From the NCBI RefSeq assembly GCF_001194135.2, contig NC_068983.1:159063862-159127861 (forward strand): a stretch of 64,000 nucleotides of DNA. The letters are read 5' to 3'. This document shows positions 27,218 through 36,500 of the stretch, in pieces. A program made the position numbers and the translations under genes. Under the pieces are notes generated by a model, which had not been told where the DNA came from, did not search any database, and saw only the letters and a list, made by a program, of their open reading frames with translations. Each line of letters opens with the position of its first letter. The stretch's first letter is position 1. The stretch comes from Octopus bimaculoides. Taxonomy: Eukaryota.

Positions 27218-30200
27218 CATTATATATAATGAAGTTAGGTTCTCTATGTGGTGTCATTTATGAAAAATTAGTGCTTTAATCACTTGAGGCTTATTTCCTT
27301 TCAAACTTTACTCTTCCACCTCTTTAATTTTGTTGATACCAACATTTGGAATGAAATATAAAAAAAAAAAGAAGAAAATATAAGTTCCATTTTATGCTCT
27401 CTGCAATGTTTTAGTTCAGGTAGGTGAGTGCATTATTTTACTGCATTGAAATCATATCTAATTCTCTCTGTAAACAGAAAACTTATCGAACTCTTTCACA
27501 GGTGAAAAATCAAAATTTTCGTTTTAGAAATAAGAGATCAACATTATTAAAATCCATTTTGAAAATAATAAGCTACAGTAAAAATAGTTGGATTGAAAGA
27601 AGATTGAAATCTTAGCAGTGATTTTGAATGTGGTGAAATTATTTGTATTTTTCAAGAGCATTCCATTAGTGTTTTTAAAATCCTTTTTTTTTTCTCTTAT
27701 ATTGGCTTGGCCATATATTTCCACTTTCAGTATGGTCTTGTATGAAATGTTGTGATCAGCAGCTATCTGTATCATTTACAGCAGAATCAATAATAAATAT
27801 AATTTAAAATCCAAACAGACCTATGGCAGACCATATTACACACTCATTCATGCATCCACTCATTCATGCATCCACTCATTCATGCATCCACTCATTCATT
27901 TTGCTCTTAATTCTTTTTCTCTTCAAAACAGAAATAATCACCTTAAGTTTCTGTGTGTGTGTGTGTGCATGCATGAGCCTGTGTATACATATGTTTGTGT
28001 GTGTTATCCTGTATTAAAAACATTTGATTCATTTTCAGAAAAAAGCAATGGCATTTGAATATTGCACCTATTGCAACAGAAGCATTGCCAAGACACAAAA
28101 CTTTTTTTTTCAAATAATTGCTCACTCTCTAAAACCTTTATTGTCTTGTGACTTCTATCAAGCCTTGCAAATATAGCTTGCTCTTTTATCAAACAACATA
28201 CTGAGATGCACTTAAAAGACATTGCTATAATATGAAAATGATATCAATGTAGATCAGTATGAAAATGTATGTCTTGACAGTGAATATTATTGTGCCAGCT
28301 GCAATGAAATACAGAACTGTTTTGAAATAATTTTTTTTATTTCAATGTTCATCAGTTAGAAGTTAACTTTTATTAGGACAGTTCTTGACAAAGAATACAT
28401 TCAAATAGACATTTATGAGAAAAAGTTTATGATAAGTTTAGAGAGACATTTTATAAGGAAAACTGGTAGTAATATAACCTGCATATTGTTTAGCCTTTAA
28501 AACAAAGCAATATTGCAGTGGTAGGTATGTGCATTTAAATTATTACTCCATACAGAGTGGTAGATGTGTGTTCAACATATTGACAAAATTGAATTCACTA
28601 CAACTAACATGTTTGAAAAGTTAACACCAAATTTCAGCAGATAGAAATTGGGTTCTTGTCAGTATTCAGTAGACATGCCTTCTAGATAGACAACATGGTT
28701 ATCCTCAGAGGTATTGTTGATTATTACTTATTCTCATCTTTTCAACACATTTTGCAAAGGACTAAATTATTGTTGCTTATTTTATATTTCTGCAAAGTTT
28801 AGATTGTGCGTTTTTTCCTTTGTATTCACAGGAAAAGTAAAGAAAAGCCAGTTAATGTTTACACCCTTAACTTTTAGTGTGCAATTTCATAACAAAAAAG
28901 AGACATTTTACTTAGATTTATGTCCTATGATATTTAACAGTTTTCAATAATAGTATCATCAACATTTTGATGAAGTATTTTGTAATCATTTCTGCTTAAG
29001 AATCAAATCATCTTCTATAAGAGGGTAAGAGCCTCCACTTCCCTGGTAAAAAAAAAAAAAAAAAAAAAAAAACTTAGCCATTGATACCTAACAATTGCAA
29101 CAGAAATGAAAGATGCTTCTTATGAATGCTTTAGATGTATGATATTTACCTCTTAGAGGAAAGGTTTTTTTTTTTATTGCTAAGTTTTCTTATTGGCATA
29201 TCTGAGATTCTTATGTTGTGAGCACACCGACTGATACTGTTAAGAATAAGCCAAGTTTCTCTTTGAATTGAACATTAGTTATGTTAAATTTTCCTTCCTC
29301 TCATCCATAAGACTATTGCACATGGTGATTTACTGTTTAATTAAACTACTATTTGTTAAGTTTACTCATTACATCTGCCTCTCTGTCAGACTGAAATTGC
29401 GCATAATGTTATGTGAATTATTTTCTTTATTTTAGTTCTTAAAAAAAAAAACAAAAAAAAAAAATAGAAACATGAAATGGTAATGACTGATCCTTGTTTG
29501 AATCAGTTGTTATTACATAATTTATGGTTCACTATATACAGTTAACTACCACATAATACAAAAGAGAAACACTGAAGAAAAAAAAAAAAAAAGAAATGTA
29601 TTTTTTCGAATTTGTTTTTTTATTTTTGACTCGATTGTCAAATTCTAAATCTCCTGCTTTCACTTGAGGATGTTGAAAAGGCAGATATAAACTTAGTTGT
29701 TGTTCATTTAACTTACTTTGTCTAACATTTAGGTTTCCAGTATTTGTGTTTCTGATTTAAAAATAGCACAACCATACAGTAATGGTGGTGGTGGTAGTAA
29801 TAGTAATAGTAATAGTAGTAGTAGTAGTATTAGTAGTAGAAGTGCTATACACTTTTGAAATTTTGTTTTTAATATTTGATCTTTGATATTTAAGTATTGT
29901 TTCTGTGAACTTTATCAGAAGTTGAAATAACCATCTATCTTTGCTGTTTTACTGGAAAAGAATAATAGAAAGGAAATTTCCTTTGTGAAGCTAGCTCCCG
30001 TGGAAGTTAATGATTTTCTAAATATTAGTTTATGACACAGCCATATTGAGCCTTTCATTTATCTACTGTGCATTGTTGGTATTCCTTTTGTGAATGTCTA
30101 GTAAACTGTCTTATTGAGAGAATATTTTATTCTAGTTAGTAAAATGATGTGAGAATATAAAGTTTGGGTTGAGTTTTGATTTTCTGCTATCACTACCAAA

Positions 30201-33200
30201 TTAGAACTTATTTATAATACTTCAGTAAATGTTTTTTTTTAATGTTTTTGATAAATTTACTTTTTATACATAAGCTCCTCCTTATTGTTGGTAAGTTTCT
30301 ATGACTAAGGTTAGCTAAATATAACACAACTGCCTGATTATGGGTAATCCTCAAAGTGAAATTGGATTGTGTGGCAGGTCAGTAAGATACAAGTGAGCCA
30401 ATTCTTTGACATATTATCACACTATGCAATTGATTTTGCACTTTAGAATAAAAATAAAATCAAAACAACAATGACAAGAAAAATTACAGTCTGAGCATTG
30501 AAATGGTAAAAAGTATAAATGAATTGTCTATTAAGTGTTTATTGCTTTCACTGGAAAAGTTCCAAGTTATGTACAAATAATCAAATTAATAAAAAGGCAT
30601 GTAAAAACATTTAACTACTGATGTCAAAATTGTTCAAGATTTCGTGTAAAACATTTTTATTTTGAAATTATAAATTTTTTTCATGTTTTAATATATATAG
30701 AATTAGTTTTATTTTTGATGTTGGGATAAAGATAAAAAGTTTAATGTAATGCTTTGGGTAGATTTAAAAACATTGGGATTAAAAATTGGGGAGGGGGAAT
30801 AGTTTAAAATACTTTCTCATTTTTTTTTTTAAATAAAATTTGGATACCATGTGGAAATTTAATTACTGATGTTATCTCATTTAAAAAGGTTCTTCTATTT
30901 TTCTCAATGAAATTAATATATTTTAATTAGATCTTAAATAAGTAAAATTAAATTGTACAATCTAGTAAAAACACATGCTATCTCTGCAGGTGCTTTGGAA
31001 TTTACATACATTTATGTATAATTGTATATTTATACATATACATATGAATCAAGAGGATGGATGTTCTATCTACAAGTGCATACAGTTATATACATTAATA
31101 CAATGTCTCTAATAACCTGAAACCAACTGAACAGATTTAAGAGAAGGTGTTTATTGTCGATATCATATTTTGATTGACTCTGGCTCCTCTTTTATCAGGC
31201 ATTTGTATTTTAGGTTTATAAAGCAAGCATATTTGACTAGTGACATCAGCAGACAACATCATTGAAACTAAATATTCTGTGTAAATTTTGATTTGTAGTT
31301 CTTCAGCTACTGAGCTATGAAAATTATTGCTTCTCGAATGAGTACTGTTTATTGCTTGTCGAATGGGAACTATAATAAAAAGATATCCCTGAAGAGCAGA
31401 ATTTATATTTTTGAATATTTTTTTTTTCTTTTAAGTTAAGAGCGAACTTTTCACTTTGGAACGAACCGACATTCTTTGTTCATTTACAGCACAGCCATGT
31501 TAACTTAACATAGGTGCATTGAGAAAGTTGAACACATTTGTTTTTTCAGTCAACATATATCGATGTTCATAAATTGTTTAATCGATGTTAATTACAATTT
31601 CTCATCATAAGTTTAAATTTTAACATTTTCTTCACCTTATTTTATCCTTTTTTGGAATACATTTTTCTCTGTAAAATAGTTACAGAGTTCACCAGTGGAA
31701 GAAACTTTTGAACACTCTGTTATTGCTCAGTGAATATTTAGTGGCAGTCTCATATTTTATATCAGCATGAAAATATATTGCTATAACATTTGTATATTTT
31801 TGCTGTACACATATGTATCCAGAGAGGTCATAATCTGTAAAATAAGACATCAAAGCAAAGATATATAAGGCCAGCTAAGGCTTATTAAAGATTTTACAAA
31901 GACAATTTTCAGCAGAGAATATTCAATAAATTGCAGATTTTTAAAAGACAATACATTTTTTTTTAGATGCTTTTTATATAGAATTAATTTTTAAAAATGT
32001 ACAGTGTTAATTTTCATAAAACGTTTATATTGCTTGGAATTTAAACTTTATTTAATATTATTTATATCTTTAGATTTTTTTTTTAAATTGGTTTCTCTTC
32101 CTTTAACTTTAGATATTTCATATTCAGTATATTTGGGAAACTTAATTACTGCCCACTTTTTTTTTTAGAACAAGTTTTTTGTTTTTAACTATCATTTAGT
32201 ATATTCCAGTATTTACCTGTTCCAAATCTTATACTATTCTCCTATATGTTTTTCTCATTTTCTCTGGAACTATTTTTATTTTCTCATAATTTTTATATTA
32301 TTTCTTTGCAAGTTACAATTGAATTTCTTCAGTTTCATTCATCAGTTTCACTGTTCCAGATCTTTCAGTTTCATGCCCTACAATATTTATCAAGACAATT
32401 CATGTTTTCAAATTTCCTAAGATCTCCATTCCTCAACATTTCAACTTGACATTTTAAACAGGGGATTTAATTTCATCTGTTTTACTGATTATCTCTTTGC
32501 AGTGGTTTATCATATTTAGAAGATAATTTAATGTCAATTGATATATATTTTAAACTATTGTTTTTCTTCAGTTGATTAACAAGAGATCAATGAGTCAGTG
32601 ATCATATTGATTTTGGACTCTGATCATTTAGTATTTAGTTTCAATGTTCAATCATTAGTGCTTATCATAGTTTCAATTATGGAAGACTCTTCTTTATTAA
32701 ATCTCTTTTGAAGATTGCTACATACAGTTAGTTTTTGCTTAATTTGCTTATTAATTAGAAGAATATTTTGAGATATATTATTGTGTCCAGAAGAGAAACC
32801 ATTGTGGTCTTAAATGTTTATTGCTGTAATTTCAACTTATCTCACTGTTTAATATCTTATCGAATAATAGAATTGGACAGGAAAAAAGAAAACGTCACCC
32901 TTTTTATGTAAATGAGCCATTATAAAATTCTTTTGTGACTTAATGAGTCAAATACAACATTTATCATTTCTCTCATGTCTAGGAGGTAGACAAAAAAAAA
33001 AAAAAAAANNNNNNNNNNATTTTGATTTCATCTATTTTTGACCACATTAGAGGGTTTGAATATATAACAAGAGCTTTCATTGGAATCTCCCATTCATTAT
33101 TATGAACTCAGTAGTCGAAATAGTTGAGTTTGATTGATTCTGTTTCTTTTTTTTTGACATGTTAATGAAATCTTTTTTTTAATAGAAGTCAATTTGAAGC

Positions 33201-33530
33201 TAACAGTTTATTAAGGGTTAGCTTCTTCCTCCTTAGATTATTGCCCCCCACCCCCCACCTCATTCAGATTATTGAAATGAAGCTTTTTTTTGTTTTATCA
33301 TATATAATTGAGCAAGCTATGAAAAAAAAAAAAAAAAAATTGGGTGTTAAAAGATAGTAGTGTATGGTCACCATGTTCAACGATAAACAGAATGGGTGTA
33401 ATGTCAACCATAACAAGAATAACGTTGAATTAGTGTAGAAATTCTAAGGTCATGCATGGAAGTCAGCAAAAAAGGGTATGAGGAATGGAAATTGCAGTTA
33501 CCTATGTCAAAAGAAGTTGTTTGTGTAGAA

Positions 33531-33572
<42 letters not shown>

Positions 33573-36500
33573 GTATGACAAATAGTGTTGGCTGGTGCAA
33601 GGTATTTTAATGTGTTCTGGAAATTTTCAGAAAATCATCAAGTGGTGGTGGTGGTGGTGGTGGGGGTAATGAATTATTTCTCTGTTTTTAAAAATGTTAC
33701 TTTTCCCAATTGAGATGGTGGGATAATTGCTACTTTAGACAAGTAGTTCTTCAACTGTTCTTGCATATAATAGGTACTTCAGCTGTTAGTGTATCTAACA
33801 ATGGAATGTCTCTCATCCAAGTTATGTTACCTAACAGCAAAACACTTAGGCACCTCAACTGTTAGTGTTACCTAACACATAACAGTTCGGTTATATCAGC
33901 TGTCAGTGTATTTACTAATGAAGCACCGACTACATCAGTTGGTAGTAGAATATAACAACTACATAAGGTCTTTAATTAAAAATAAAATAATAAGTAACAT
34001 CTGATGGTTTTAGTTACACACACACACACACACACACGCACGCAAAATGTATGTTCTCTTAAAAGATGACATATCTTTAAAAGGAGTTAGTGTGTGTGTG
34101 TGTGTGTATGTGTGTGTGGGGGCAGAGATTGACTTGATGTAGACTGGTCATAATATGATTCTGAAATGTGAAAGAATAAATTCCTCTTTTGATCTACACT
34201 ACTGGTCAAATAAATGAGCAACAGGTGTTTACCTACCTTTCTCTGGTTGTAAACACCTGCTGGTATAATAGACTTGTGGACATGTCAGACTTTGATTGGG
34301 GAAAGTGATCAGTTAAGTGCCATTTGAAATTTGATTAACAATATCTCATCTGTCTCCCCCAGGAACAATAACAGTGGCTTTATGGGCCAGTTGATACTGC
34401 TGTCTTGATGGAGACAAAAATGGAAAAATTGAATAGGAAAATGGGGAGGGGGGAAATAAAAAAAAAAATGACCATCAGTTATAGTTCATATTCTATGTAT
34501 GACCATTTTGTTCAGTTTTAGTATTCAGTCATTACTATTGCTAGGTTGATTTTATTGCTTTTTGATGTGTTCTCTTGCTCAAGGAGAATTCCATTTTTTT
34601 TCCTTCTTGTGCTTCTACTTCCTCACTCTTCACATTGCATCCTCAATATTCTCACAGAATCATCATGTTAATTATTTACGTATTCTATTATCGTTGTGTC
34701 TTTCTTCAACTTTCACAATTATTGTATAGTTTTTTTTTGTTTTTTTTTCCTGTACTGTTTTCTTTTCTTACCACTGTTTTTGATAATTACCAGAAATGTT
34801 TTTTCAGATTCCATGCAGCAAGGTTAATTGGTATTGCCAACATAAAGTAAGAGGGAGTTAGAGGGTGAGTGTGGGGGGGAAATGTTTTTTTTTTTTTTAT
34901 AGAGTACCTGTTAATATTTTTTAAAACTTTTTTTTTCTTTGCTTTGTATTAATGGACAGTTGAACCCAGGTGGGCTTAATATTACTATGCTGCATTACCA
35001 CAAGTTGTCTTCAGTCTGCCTAAAAAAAGAAAGGATACAAAAGTTGATTAAAACTATGTTGTAATACACATTGCTTTGATTGTACATATTGTGAAATTGG
35101 AACATAATAGGAAGCATCTAAATATCAACTCAGACGTTTTCATTTAATGTTTAAAGGGATAAAGACCCTTAGAATGTTTAAAATAGATTGAATCTGAGAA
35201 ATGGTGCTTTGCAGCTATCTGATTTGGATGAACAGATATCACTGCAGTTGCTGAGGAATGTGTATTTGTTGACCAATGTCCATCAGAATAGTTTTTTTTT
35301 AAATTTAAATATATTTATAACCAAAAATGCAGCTCATTCTCTTTCAGATTTTCTAAATTTTGAAAATAATATTTGAAAAAATTTATTAAAGCTAATAACT
35401 TAAAAAAAAAAAAAAAGAATGGTAACCATTATCTTCTTGACTTCTCATCTTACCTTGTCTTTATCTCTCTTTTTAGAAAAGGCATGGCAGGAACAGCATG
35501 AGGCAACTGAGGATCACTGCATGCATGGTAGGCTGTGTCGGAACCGTGGAGCTTGTACAGGTTTTGTTCATTTCTTCTTCAGCTAAAACATATAATAACA
35601 TTTTATGGTTTAATTTGCTTAGAATATTTATCTCTGAGAAAAAAAAACAAAAAAAAAACACTTGTGTGATGTTCAATGAGCGATTAGGAATAAGAAGGAA
35701 TTGAGATAAAGTTTACAATCTGAAATAAGATAGAAATAAGATAGCATTGTCTGAAGGAATTTTTTTGTTACTTTTAAAGATTTTATCTAAAGAAATTTTG
35801 ATACCTGCTTTAATGAAGTAAAGGCCATAAATTTAATTGTATAAGTGTATGTATGCATGAAAAGAGAGTGTGAGAGATGAAACATTGCTTTATAATCTCT
35901 GAAAACTTTGGGCCATTTTGACTATTTCAATAATGATTAGCCTGGATGTCTGATTAAAGAATTTTCTTTCAGTATATCTTCTCAGAACAAATATTTCATG
36001 TAGTTAGGAATGTAAGTTGTTGAGATTGTATTAGATGTAGTAGTTTTAATAAACAGTAAAAGTAGCAATGATAATAATTATGCTTATTAACAAATGAAAA
36101 ACAAATTCTTCCTTTTTCCTTAGTTGGAAGTCGGTGTTATTTCATGCATCTTCTGTGTGGGAGTATTATAACACTAATGTCAGTTTTGGAAGCAGTTATT
36201 GCTCGTCACTCATATCAAATGCATCTCAGGTAGGTTGTGAATTCGATTTGCTAAACTATAATCTATTATCTCTTCTTACTCAGCATTTACTCATGTTTGT
36301 AGTTTTTCTTTTTCCCCCATTTTTCTAATTATTATTATTATTATTATTATTATTATTTATTTATTTGTTTTTGTTGCATTTAAATTTGTGAAAAAAAGTT
36401 ATGTGAGACAATGAAAGTCATTTCAGACTATAAACATAGTGCAGTTGAATTGTTGGTGATATCTGGTATTAGAAGTTTAATGAGAATGTCATAGAAGAAA

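Noticed and set aside
27841-27900. 16-bp repeat cactcattcatgcatc x3.5 as an RBFOX (UGCAUG) cluster
   Set aside because: UGCAUG is present only on the antisense strand; it is most simply a short tandem repeat.
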